Virus record (IMG/VR): IMGVR_UViG_3300023202_000135
Location: 26,693 to 90,692 of that record
Reading direction: 5' to 3' (one strand)
Origin: a virus
Length of the DNA: 64,000 nucleotides
Shown here: in pieces, positions 10,901 to 18,733 of the stretch
Layout: every line of letters begins with the position of its first letter
Position numbering within the stretch: the first letter of the stretch is position 1
Made by a program: the position numbers and the translations under genes
Notes under the pieces: model-generated
Database searches by the model: none
Seen by the model: the letters and a program-made list of their open reading frames with translations, nothing else
What the model was told of the DNA's origin: nothing

Positions 10901-12213
10901 TCACCCATCTGGTACATTTGCTCTGCGACATTCAACCCGATCTTAGCCGTGGCAGCGAGGTCCGAGTTGTGCCGGCGGATGAACTCTTCCCCTGCGCCGA
11001 ACTCGCGCAGCACACCGGCGGATTCGATCTGCTCCGACGCCGAGATGAGATTACCGTACCTATTATCCGTAGTAATGAGTTCGCGCCCGAACTTCACCGC
11101 TTCGACACGCGTCTTCCCCATATTCCTGCCGACTTCAAACAAACCGTCAGCCATGCTGTCCAACGTCCCGGTACCGGCCTCCGCGGTATCGAGGAACTGG
11201 CCGCTGGCTTGGAAGAGGCCCCGGACGCCGTCCTGCACGTGCTCCAGGGCTTCGCTCACGCCGAGGAAGCTGAGCGACGTGTTCTTGACTTCCTGCGCCT
11301 CGTCACCGATGCGCTCGATGTCGTCGGCGGTGGAGTGCAGCGGTCGCTTGAGGTCGCGCACAACGTCGTGCATGTCCTCCATCTGCGGGAGGATTCGCTT
11401 CTTGAGCTTCGTTTCGAGTTCGCCGTACTCCCTGCCAAGCATGGAGCTGACTTCCTCGACCTCCATGAGCTTCGCGTTGAAGCGGTCAGGAGCTTTGGGG
11501 TCGAGACCGAGCTTCACTTCCGACTGTAGTACAGACAGCTCCTCAGTGACGAGGCGCAGCGACTTGAACGTGTCGCGGAACTGCTTGGGCATCGAGCTGA
11601 TCTTGCCCAAGGCTTGCTTGCTTATCACCAGCTCGCCCGGCTCAGCCAAGATCAACGTCTTGTCCCGGCCCGCACCGCGTGGCGTTCCCGGTGAGGGCGG
11701 GGGCACTTCGCCGCCCGTCTGGAACCGAGGCAGGTTGCGCATCATGCCGGCGAGGTCCGGAGGCTGGGTCATCTGACCGTAGGCCTGTGACAATGAGACA
11801 GAGCGGTCGAAGAGCGGGTTGCGGCGCGTGGGCTTCTTCGCCGTCAGCACGAGCTTGGCCCGGCCGAGTGCCTCTCCGACCGACTTCTTCATCATCGTAG
11901 TCAGCTTGCGCTCGGTCTCCGCCGCGATGACGAAGTTGACCCGCTGCGTGATCGGCTTCGCCGCCTTCTTCTCGATCTCCTTGAGCGCGCTCGCGTACCC
12001 GCGACCGGCGTTCTTCGCGACGTTTTGACCGAACGCGTCGGCCATTCCCCCGAGGTCAGTGAACAGCTTCGACGACGACTTGAAGGCGCGCTTGTTGGAC
12101 GCCTCCATCTGGTCCGTGAACTTCTTGTAGTTAGTCCCCGCCTTCTTGAGCTTGGGGCTCATCTGGTCGTCGAGTTGCAGGAAGAACCCGATGGCTTGGT
12201 CACCGAACGGCAT
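7966..12213 (-). CDS. Tape measure protein
   Basis: 1415 aa, helical and Ala/Gly-rich, with hydrophobic central segments and a F.TGG...D..L...EPGELVI motif; canonical position. Confidence 0.9.
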   Translation of the reverse strand: MPFGDQAIGFFLQLDDQMSPKLKKAGTNYKKFTDQMEASNKRAFKSSSKLFTDLGGMADAFGQNVAKNAGRGYASALKEIEKKAAKPITQRVNFVIAAETERKLTTMMKKSVGEALGRAKLVLTAKKPTRRNPLFDRSVSLSQAYGQMTQPPDLAGMMRNLPRFQTGGEVPPPSPGTPRGAGRDKTLILAEPGELVISKQALGKISSMPKQFRDTFKSLRLVTEELSVLQSEVKLGLDPKAPDRFNAKLMEVEEVSSMLGREYGELETKLKKRILPQMEDMHDVVRDLKRPLHSTADDIERIGDEAQEVKNTSLSFLGVSEALEHVQDGVRGLFQASGQFLDTAEAGTGTLDSMADGLFEVGRNMGKTRVEAVKFGRELITTDNRYGNLISASEQIESAGVLREFGAGEEFIRRHNSDLAATAKIGLNVAEQMYQMGDALKFTREESIATALATRNLGASTALGLEGAQQALAEIIDPTSATGLALKQLPERMRSSMVQGLVGVRAAFGEEFLDLGKDLTEKIALSLEDSEAGIAARQSLRTLTDLDPQQIQKMVQEGNIEDVVRAMADKANRLGIKGLAAEGFAEIAQVDPTAFRSFTERQEETIDTAGKVRDSLVETTGAAEKLEKAVAGQVPVWSEWTNAAQRFVADKVGFDVIEALDGMNFQMIASAFYLGQMAKGAVVFAARATGAMLPALGGAIKKLFMFQRAAKGAAVSSVAGAGARGGGLGAMFAGVAKGLAAFAAPPVILGTAVITGAIIGLGFAAKVAAPAFEVILNGMQGIVAVFQEMDPGQIVASTAALALLGPSLAAIGTGTAVMATGMLVAAPAMIAFSAAMEKFGGVTGVGSTMSDVVMGLIAGFDVDQRQLDKSLGVIKSAAVFMGAFAAISTGALVGVAVSTVVNGVDKITSLFGGRSPFDQLTDFAGRITGVINNLATEFDPSKVAVDGLQTANKVFAGMGNFMAKFARTAALVAGIGLGASVMGAIDTSVEFWTGRDMASHIVKNGRDIRRSVTGLSDTFRALDSTATYKGFDSTIKVFEASGELFLAFEEVSDAFDRADPGAIKEMLSTAGDFWSDSTATGRIVAVGKDIAATAPKLATIFGPISGKDTADAFGTTVQAFRTTGAFLRNFTRLRELFDDVDPGVWAAVANKFATIFGGEETPGKRIAAGGADMVTAINEIVTTFAALNTDALTSTAEKFSPTGQFLSSLGLLMQGFNDLEPIANKLGNTEWLFGMFGDEGSIEPVLAQSDNIRDAMEKLSETFRGMRISARATARLASAGDMMSSLGGIVRGFRALDNIDFDAMNDRERERMRGKLQFVMETMAAIGFDIPTADDFQAAGLANVPSGSEIRSLIEVVVGENSPLVKQQQETNRLLGNIATLLKSSGQGTIQIQQAPQGATLPRPGPDTRNIAGGS

Positions 12214-13580
12214 TAGATGCGCCTCCTACGAAGGGGCGTGCCGGAGAAGTCCTGCACCGGCTTGCGGAACACGCCCGGCCCTGGCTTACCGAGGGTGTCG
12301 CGCAGCGGATCTCCCAGCGGCGGGCCGGGCGGTAGCGGATCGGGGGTGAACTCCCCGGAGTCCGTGTTGTCGAAGTTGTCGCCCTCCATGACGAACCATT
12401 CCGAAAACCATTCGATGTTCGCGTTCTCGGCCGCCCGCGCCACGTAGCGGATCTGCATACCGTTGAAGTTGAACCCGAACGGGATCTGGAATATGAAGTT
12501 CTGGAATATCCGCGTGTTGAAAATGGCCGGCTCTTGCAGCTCGATTAGGACGCGCTCCCCGCTCTCGCCGGTGTCAATCTCGAAGTAGGTGAACAACGCG
12601 CCTTCCGGCGTCGGCCCGATCTGCGTGGTCACCTGCATGAGGTGATCGGTGTTGACCGTCACGTCGACGAGCTGCGGCGCCGGGTCGCTGAACTGTAGTG
12701 GTTCGAGGATCGGGTACGGCGACCCGGTCCTCCCAAGAACGCCCGGGGGCGACTCAATCGACAGAACGTCGAACGTGCCGTAGACGAGCTGCTCTTGCGG
12801 CGTGTAGAACTGCGAGAAGTCCAGGTCGAAGTCGCTATCCGACTTGATGATCTCGGCGTAATCGACCGAGGTCGTGGTAACCTGCGGCGTCCCCTCGCCT
12901 GCGAGGTCCATCGACGCCATCGCTTGCACGTCGATCTCCTGACCAGCGCCCGCGTTGTACAAGTCGCTGATCTCCGACGAGGACAGCTCCCGACGCCACA
13001 CAGCCAGCTCGTCGATCACGCCCTCGAACCCGAGACCGATCGTCCGCGGTGTCCCGAGGTCGTCGTTGAGGTCGCCGTTGAACGACCCGCTCGCAACCTG
13101 GGTGCCGTTGCGGTACAGCACGGCCGCAGTCGGCGTGGCTACGCCGACGTAGTGGATCCAGCCGCTCGTGGCAGCTTCGGTGTAGACCGCACTGGCCGGG
13201 TTGTTGGCGAGGTCGAAGACGCGGAAGGTGATGTCGTCGTTGCCGTCGATCCAGCCAAGCAGGTAGCCCTGGTCGACGAACCCGGAGTCGGTCTTGTCGA
13301 CGATGATGTGGTTGGTGCCGAACATGGTGCTCGGCGCCTTGTCGAGGTTGACCCACACCGACACCGTAACCTTCGGGATCGGCCGGTACCGCTTGTTTCC
13401 GGGGACTTCGGCCTTACCCGTCGAGAGGTCCGTGCGGAGTCCGGAGGCGAAGAACTCCGCGCTGTCTATGGAGGCGTCCGTCAGAACAGCGTCTTCGGTG
13501 TAGACTTCGTCCTTGACCACACCGCCGGGTGCTTCGTCGAACTTAAAGTAGTGAATGAGCCCGTCGTACAGGGCCATCAC
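12213..13580 (-). CDS. LamG/concanavalin-A-like domain virion protein
   Basis: GLIHYFKFDE, TVSVWVN, WIHYVGV, LYRNG and FEGVIDELAVWRRELS..EI..LYN laminin-G-3 signature. Confidence 0.85.
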   Translation of the reverse strand: MMALYDGLIHYFKFDEAPGGVVKDEVYTEDAVLTDASIDSAEFFASGLRTDLSTGKAEVPGNKRYRPIPKVTVSVWVNLDKAPSTMFGTNHIIVDKTDSGFVDQGYLLGWIDGNDDITFRVFDLANNPASAVYTEAATSGWIHYVGVATPTAAVLYRNGTQVASGSFNGDLNDDLGTPRTIGLGFEGVIDELAVWRRELSSSEISDLYNAGAGQEIDVQAMASMDLAGEGTPQVTTTSVDYAEIIKSDSDFDLDFSQFYTPQEQLVYGTFDVLSIESPPGVLGRTGSPYPILEPLQFSDPAPQLVDVTVNTDHLMQVTTQIGPTPEGALFTYFEIDTGESGERVLIELQEPAIFNTRIFQNFIFQIPFGFNFNGMQIRYVARAAENANIEWFSEWFVMEGDNFDNTDSGEFTPDPLPPGPPLGDPLRDTLGKPGPGVFRKPVQDFSGTPLRRRRI

Positions 13581-15457
13581 TCATCCCAAACGAGCCGGAC
13601 GTTGCTGAGCTTGATGTACCTGTTCGGTCGGCTGCTGGTATGGACGCTCCGCACGCGGATGATGATCTTTCCGTCATCCCGGCGGACCTTGTGCCCATCG
13701 GCGTCGGTCAACGTGACCTCGATCTCCTCGCCGGTATAGCGGTCGTCGCCGCTGTTGTTGGTCTGGTAGAAGTTGCCGTCGCTGTCCTTGCCGCCGTTGT
13801 CGAGTGACAGGTAGACCTCGCCGTCGCCGTCGAGGGCCTTGAACTCGACACGAAGCGGGTTGTAGACGAAGTCCGACCCGCCGTCGTTGCGGTTGATGAG
13901 GTTGAATCGGAGCCGCCAGTTCTGCGCGCTCAGCGAGATGTCCGCGGTGTCGATGATGAACTCAAGGTCGCGGGTGGTATTGGAGCTGGTGTCACGGTCG
14001 ATCTCATCCTGCCCGCTGACGTACTCCCATGGAACGCCAGACGTGACGTCATATCGGATGATACTTCCGTCGTGGCCCAGGTCCGTAGTTGAGTCCGCCT
14101 GGAAGTCGTTGCCGCCGATGTCGGTCTCGGACGTTGCCCCGAACACGTCCATCGGCCAGTGGTCGACGGTCTCGCTCAGCGAGATGGAACCAGACACGAA
14201 GCTGGAGAAGTCCGTAATACCTTCGATGTTTATGGCGGCGAGAACGCCGATGTTGTTGAGGAGCCATGCGTGGTACTGCTCGCCGCCGATCGCATCGACG
14301 AAGTCGCCCTTCGGCGCCGTCTTGTCGATCCACCGGAATCCGGGGATGTCCCACCAGTCTTCCCACTCCTGGATCGGTGCCGGGCTGACGCGCACGTCGA
14401 GGGGGCCGATGTAGTCATTGCCGTCCTGATGATTATCCCACGTGCGGTACACGCACCGGTTGAGAATGTGCGCGAGCGTTCCCGCCTCATCGCGCGGCGA
14501 CGGGAGCGTTTCTTGGTTCTGAAACGCCCGGTGCGGGCGGCTGATGTTCTCCAGGCTCCGAAGGTGCAGACGGAACGCGTTGTCGGTCTCAGCGCGGAAG
14601 TCGTGCTGGATTCCGACGACCCATGACTCAATGCGTTCAGGGCCGGTGGGTCGCCAGTCCGGGTCCTCTGTGTGCCCGTCGATAATGACAATCGGGTTTA
14701 TGCGGTCGAGGTTGTCGTCGTCCAACACCGGCCGTGCCTTGGTCGGGATCCGCCCCCCGCCGAAAGCCGCGTAGAAGTTCATGAGGTCAGCTTCGGTGAC
14801 CTTCGTGGTCCCCTGCCCAACCTTGATGAGGAGCCCGCCCTTCGATAGGACCACCTCGAAGTTCCGTATCAGCATCGTCGTTTGCTGCGACGAATTGCCG
14901 GCGAAGCTGTCGTAAGGCTTCCACGCCCACTGGTCGAACGGTGAGTTCCCGGGGTGTCCGCCTACAGCCGCCAACGTGCCGCCGAGCCACTGCGAGGTGA
15001 AGTACGTGCTGAACGAGTCGTTAAACAGACCTAGGCCGTTGTTGCTTTCGCGCTCGATGGCCTTCATGAAGTTGATGTAGTTATTGAGCGGGTCCCCATC
15101 ACGGATGGAACCGTCTCCGCGCAACCACACCCCGATCGACATCTCCTCGCCCGGGTCGCTGGTGCTCTCCCACCACGGGGCGTACACGATGAAGATAGGC
15201 CGGTAATCGACGCCGTCGACCGTGAAGGTCTCGGAGGTCGGATACCAGTAGGCCCAAAACACCGAAGAGTTGGTGTCGGGCGGTGCAGCGTCGACGAGGT
15301 CGGTCTCGGGGTCGTTGATGGACAACGCTGGAATGAACTCCATGCCCACCGTGACCAGAGCGCGGTGGAGGTCGTGGATGAAGCCGTACTTCGTGTAGAA
15401 CTTCGGCTCCTGGAGCCGCCAACGCTTCGCCGGGATCGCTTGTCCGAAAGTCGCCAT
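13577..15457 (-). CDS. Putative virion structural protein (paralog of 15479-16957)
   Basis: 626 aa in the tail module; shares motifs with its neighbour (WDIPGF vs WDVPRF). Confidence 0.65.
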   Translation of the reverse strand: MATFGQAIPAKRWRLQEPKFYTKYGFIHDLHRALVTVGMEFIPALSINDPETDLVDAAPPDTNSSVFWAYWYPTSETFTVDGVDYRPIFIVYAPWWESTSDPGEEMSIGVWLRGDGSIRDGDPLNNYINFMKAIERESNNGLGLFNDSFSTYFTSQWLGGTLAAVGGHPGNSPFDQWAWKPYDSFAGNSSQQTTMLIRNFEVVLSKGGLLIKVGQGTTKVTEADLMNFYAAFGGGRIPTKARPVLDDDNLDRINPIVIIDGHTEDPDWRPTGPERIESWVVGIQHDFRAETDNAFRLHLRSLENISRPHRAFQNQETLPSPRDEAGTLAHILNRCVYRTWDNHQDGNDYIGPLDVRVSPAPIQEWEDWWDIPGFRWIDKTAPKGDFVDAIGGEQYHAWLLNNIGVLAAINIEGITDFSSFVSGSISLSETVDHWPMDVFGATSETDIGGNDFQADSTTDLGHDGSIIRYDVTSGVPWEYVSGQDEIDRDTSSNTTRDLEFIIDTADISLSAQNWRLRFNLINRNDGGSDFVYNPLRVEFKALDGDGEVYLSLDNGGKDSDGNFYQTNNSGDDRYTGEEIEVTLTDADGHKVRRDDGKIIIRVRSVHTSSRPNRYIKLSNVRLVWDE

Positions 15458-15478
15458 GTTACCCCCTCATCGCGCCGC

Positions 15479-16957
15479 TTACGAGGGCGTCGCTGCAATC
15501 GACACGGTGTCACCGGGCCACTCGATGGCCATATTCCATTGACGGCCGTCGTCGTCGACCTGGGCGATCCGATACGGGATCCCGGTGACTTGGTCGGTGA
15601 TCTGGTTGAACGGGAGGAGACTCGAAGACGTAGCGGCGAACCGCGGGACGTCCCATACCGCCCGTACGTCCTGGACGATGGCTATGCTGGTGTCCGGGGC
15701 CACGTTGTTGTCCGTGCTGCCCGTCACCACGCCGGACGCCACGGCGTGCCCCGCACTCGTGGGGCCGCCGGTCGGCAGAACGACCACGGGCGATATGCGG
15801 AAAACGTCATCGCGCTCCGCGAACGGCACGCCGAACGTCTCCTTGATGTAGAGGCTCTCCGTGACGTTGTTGTGCACCCACAGCGAAAACAGGACGTCCC
15901 TGTTCGAGACTCCGATCTTGGGGTCGTCGACTTGGCTCTGCAAGTCGAGCCGGGGGTTCCCGTCTGTCTGTAGTTGGTACCCTCGGACAATGTGCGGCTG
16001 TAGGGCCGCGGTAATGTTCTTGTCGGAGCCCCCGTCGTCGACGAATCGGTAGCTTCTACTGTCTGTGAATGGGATGGCTCCGAACAGTTGCAGGCCCGCA
16101 CCTTGCGTGAACCACCGGCGGGTATGGTCGCGGTCCGAGTGGAGATCCGGGTTGGGCTGGAACGTCAGAACCGCACCGTGACCGACGTTCACCGCCTCGC
16201 CGGCCTTACCCGCCTCGACGTAGAAGCCTTCCCGGCCGCCGACGAACAGGAACTCGTTGTCGAGGGTCATGTCCAGGGTTATCTGGATGCGGTGCGCCAC
16301 GACCTGCAAGCGTTGCGAGTCGTCCTTGTTCTGGTTTTGCAGCCACGGGATTACGTCGACCCGGTCCGTCGCGCCGTCCGCGTTGATGAGGAGCCCACAG
16401 TGCTGGACGACGCCGTCCCCGTCGTACCACCAGAGGTCGTTGAGGAAACTGGTGACGTCGAAGGCATGGGCGTTGATCGCGTCGTGAAGGTTCTGTAGCG
16501 ATACCTCGAAGGTAGACCCGATAGCGACCGAGATGTTTCCGGCGCCGACCGTCGCGTCGTTGTCGAACTCGAAGGTGACCGACGTCGTCCCGTCGCTGAT
16601 GGTGATGGTATCGCCATCGGTCACTTGCCCGGTGATGGTAATGTCGCCGCGGGCGGGTGACGCTCCGTCACCCCCGGACATGCCGTTGGTGGTGATGACA
16701 GCACCGGCTTCGCTGTGCGTGATAGCGACGTTGCCGCCGCTCCCGTTGCTGTCGTTTTCCAGGTCGATCGTGAACCGCTTGCCGTCCAGGAGGTAGTAGT
16801 CTCCGGACCCGCCCGAGGCGGTACTCCCGGTGACGTTCTCGAACCCAACGTCGAGCAGGAAGTCGCGGAATGCTGCGGTCACGGTCTCCTTGGTGTGGCT
16901 CAGGTCCACCGGAGAGAACGTCCAGGTCGCGCGCTTCCAGTCGATAGGTGGTGCCAT
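15479..16957 (-). CDS. Putative virion structural protein with a TFEFD domain
   Basis: 492 aa; RBS AGGAG upstream; contains DGDTITISDGTTSVTFEFD...NLHDAIN. Confidence 0.7.
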   Translation of the reverse strand: MAPPIDWKRATWTFSPVDLSHTKETVTAAFRDFLLDVGFENVTGSTASGGSGDYYLLDGKRFTIDLENDSNGSGGNVAITHSEAGAVITTNGMSGGDGASPARGDITITGQVTDGDTITISDGTTSVTFEFDNDATVGAGNISVAIGSTFEVSLQNLHDAINAHAFDVTSFLNDLWWYDGDGVVQHCGLLINADGATDRVDVIPWLQNQNKDDSQRLQVVAHRIQITLDMTLDNEFLFVGGREGFYVEAGKAGEAVNVGHGAVLTFQPNPDLHSDRDHTRRWFTQGAGLQLFGAIPFTDSRSYRFVDDGGSDKNITAALQPHIVRGYQLQTDGNPRLDLQSQVDDPKIGVSNRDVLFSLWVHNNVTESLYIKETFGVPFAERDDVFRISPVVVLPTGGPTSAGHAVASGVVTGSTDNNVAPDTSIAIVQDVRAVWDVPRFAATSSSLLPFNQITDQVTGIPYRIAQVDDDGRQWNMAIEWPGDTVSIAATPS

Positions 16958-17030
16958 GCCCGCACTCCTTGCTGGGTGTTATACCCGCGGCGTCGGCGGG
17001 TGCCACTCGTAGTCGCTCAGTGGCGCCTTG

Positions 17031-17216
17031 TCATCGGCGGCCCTTGGCCTTCTTCATCGCCTGCTCATGAGCGCGCTTCTCCTCCTGGAGCTGTTCGTAT
17101 AGGCGAGTGACGTGAGCGTTGATCTCACTCGTCGGCATTCGCCACAGCGCTTCAAGCGTGTACGCCCCCTTCCCGTGATATATGAGGAAGAACTCCTTCT
17201 GCTGGAGGTCTTCCAA
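17031..17216 (-). CDS. Small tail/baseplate assembly chaperone (gp51-like position)
   Basis: 61 aa, F.L.YHG...L..L..MP.SE pattern; follows the gp26-like gene; weak TTG start. Confidence 0.7.
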   Translation of the reverse strand: MEDLQQKEFFLIYHGKGAYTLEALWRMPTSEINAHVTRLYEQLQEEKRAHEQAMKKAKGRR

Positions 17217-17217
17217 A

Positions 17218-17991
17218 TCACACGAGGGCTGGTCGAAAAAACTCCGAATCCAGCGGAAGGGCCATTTCGTTGTCGGCGCCGCAATACCGGCACGTCGGGT
17301 AGATGGTCAGGTCGATGCCCGGCTCCATCTTCTCGATCGCCTGCTCGAAGCGCAGGCGGTCAGCGTAGCTGAGGGAGCGGACGAACTCTTCGGCATCACC
17401 CGCGTTGACCGGCACCTCGTTGACGGACTGGATGTGGAGGCCGAGGCGGAAGAACCGACCGCCGTCTTCCACTTGTCCCTGCGCGCCGCGCTGCTTCAAG
17501 TTGCGCCGGATGGTCTCCTCATCCTTCACCCGGAGGAAGCGGCACAGCACCGTCTTGTCGGTGTCCTTGAGCGGCACCGGGAAGGGCTCCAACGCGTCGT
17601 TGTCGGGGAGCTTCTCGTCGAGGTCCGCGCCCAAGTTGACCGGGAACTTGCGGTTGGTCTGGCCGCACTCCTGGCACTTGAAGCTGATGTGGTAGTCGGT
17701 CGTGCCCAGCGTGAACGACCGGATGGCGAGCAGGATCGCGAAGCGGTCAGTGGCCAGGAGGTCGTCGTGCTTGAGCCCCTCGGGCAGGCGGCAGCAGTTG
17801 CGGATCACGTTGTTCATCCGCTGTCCGAAGCCGAGGGCGTTGTTGAAGAGGATCGACTCCTCACGCGAGGTGAGCTTCCGGACCTCGACAGTCCCCTCTT
17901 CGTCCATGAGGCCGTCGTAGAAGAGGCCGCGAGACGGGAGTTGAATGGCGACGTACTCGACGTCGTTGGTGGCGGGTGCGGTGTCAGTCAT
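17218..17991 (-). CDS. Baseplate hub assembly chaperone (gp26-like)
   Basis: LPSRG..Y, VRKLT.REE.IL, D..AILLAIR, two CxxC pairs, C-terminal FFRP. Confidence 0.85.
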   Translation of the reverse strand: MTDTAPATNDVEYVAIQLPSRGLFYDGLMDEEGTVEVRKLTSREESILFNNALGFGQRMNNVIRNCCRLPEGLKHDDLLATDRFAILLAIRSFTLGTTDYHISFKCQECGQTNRKFPVNLGADLDEKLPDNDALEPFPVPLKDTDKTVLCRFLRVKDEETIRRNLKQRGAQGQVEDGGRFFRLGLHIQSVNEVPVNAGDAEEFVRSLSYADRLRFEQAIEKMEPGIDLTIYPTCRYCGADNEMALPLDSEFFRPALV

Positions 17992-18116
17992 GTGGGTCTC
18001 CAGCGTTGCAGGAGGGTTGTCGTGTGATGTCAGACGGCACGAGGATGAGCAGCGCTGCTACCGATCCTCGTGCCGAGTAGTGGTGCGCAGGTTACGCGGC
18101 CCAGGTCAGCGGGCAA

Positions 18117-18689
18117 TCACTGGTTGCCAACGGGGCGGAGACCGTCCCGCGGGATGACCTTGTCGATGACCAGACCCATGGTGACCCGGAGGGCGTCCTC
18201 GCCGTCCATGTCGATGTCGCCCGGATCGTAGCTGTTGGGCCAGATGCCGACGAGGTCGAGGCGGCGCTCGATGGTCCCCTCCGGCGAGAAGAGGCTGACC
18301 CAGCCGGCCATCTTGTAGTCGCGGGCGAGGCCTGTCTGTCCGTTCTCCGGGTTGTGGACGAGGTAGTTCCACTTCCAGAGGACGCTGTGCACCTGCCGGT
18401 CGACGTAGTCCTGGTAGACCACGGACAAGTCGTCGTAGGTCGGGTTCCCTGCGAACTTCCGCTTCTCGTTGAGGTACCCGATCTCGACGATGCCCACCTG
18501 TCGCTTCGGCACCGGGAAGGTACGGAGCGACAGAAGGAGGACGTCGTCCTGACCGCCGGAACCCTGGCCGCCGCCCTGCACCGCCGAGTTGAGACCCGTG
18601 ATGTAGAGCAGCGCGTTGTTCTGGCGCTGGGGCTCGTGGTTGCCGCCACGAGCGCCGATGTGGTTGGCGAAGAGGTTTTCGAGGGCCAT
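18117..18689 (-). CDS. gp19: Tail tube protein
   Basis: EPQRQN, KRKFAGNPTYDD, LWKW, YK, GIWP motifs; directly after the sheath gene. Confidence 0.9.
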   Translation of the reverse strand: MALENLFANHIGARGGNHEPQRQNNALLYITGLNSAVQGGGQGSGGQDDVLLLSLRTFPVPKRQVGIVEIGYLNEKRKFAGNPTYDDLSVVYQDYVDRQVHSVLWKWNYLVHNPENGQTGLARDYKMAGWVSLFSPEGTIERRLDLVGIWPNSYDPGDIDMDGEDALRVTMGLVIDKVIPRDGLRPVGNQ

Positions 18690-18733
18690 GGGGCTGCTCT
18701 CCTGTGCTGCGGTGACGTGATGTCAGCGGACGG

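Noticed and set aside
17054-17293. -1 frameshift product at the chaperone T-run
   Set aside because: The -1 frame gives a Ser/Arg-rich, non-protein-like sequence; the conserved-looking ORF is in the +1/-2 frame.
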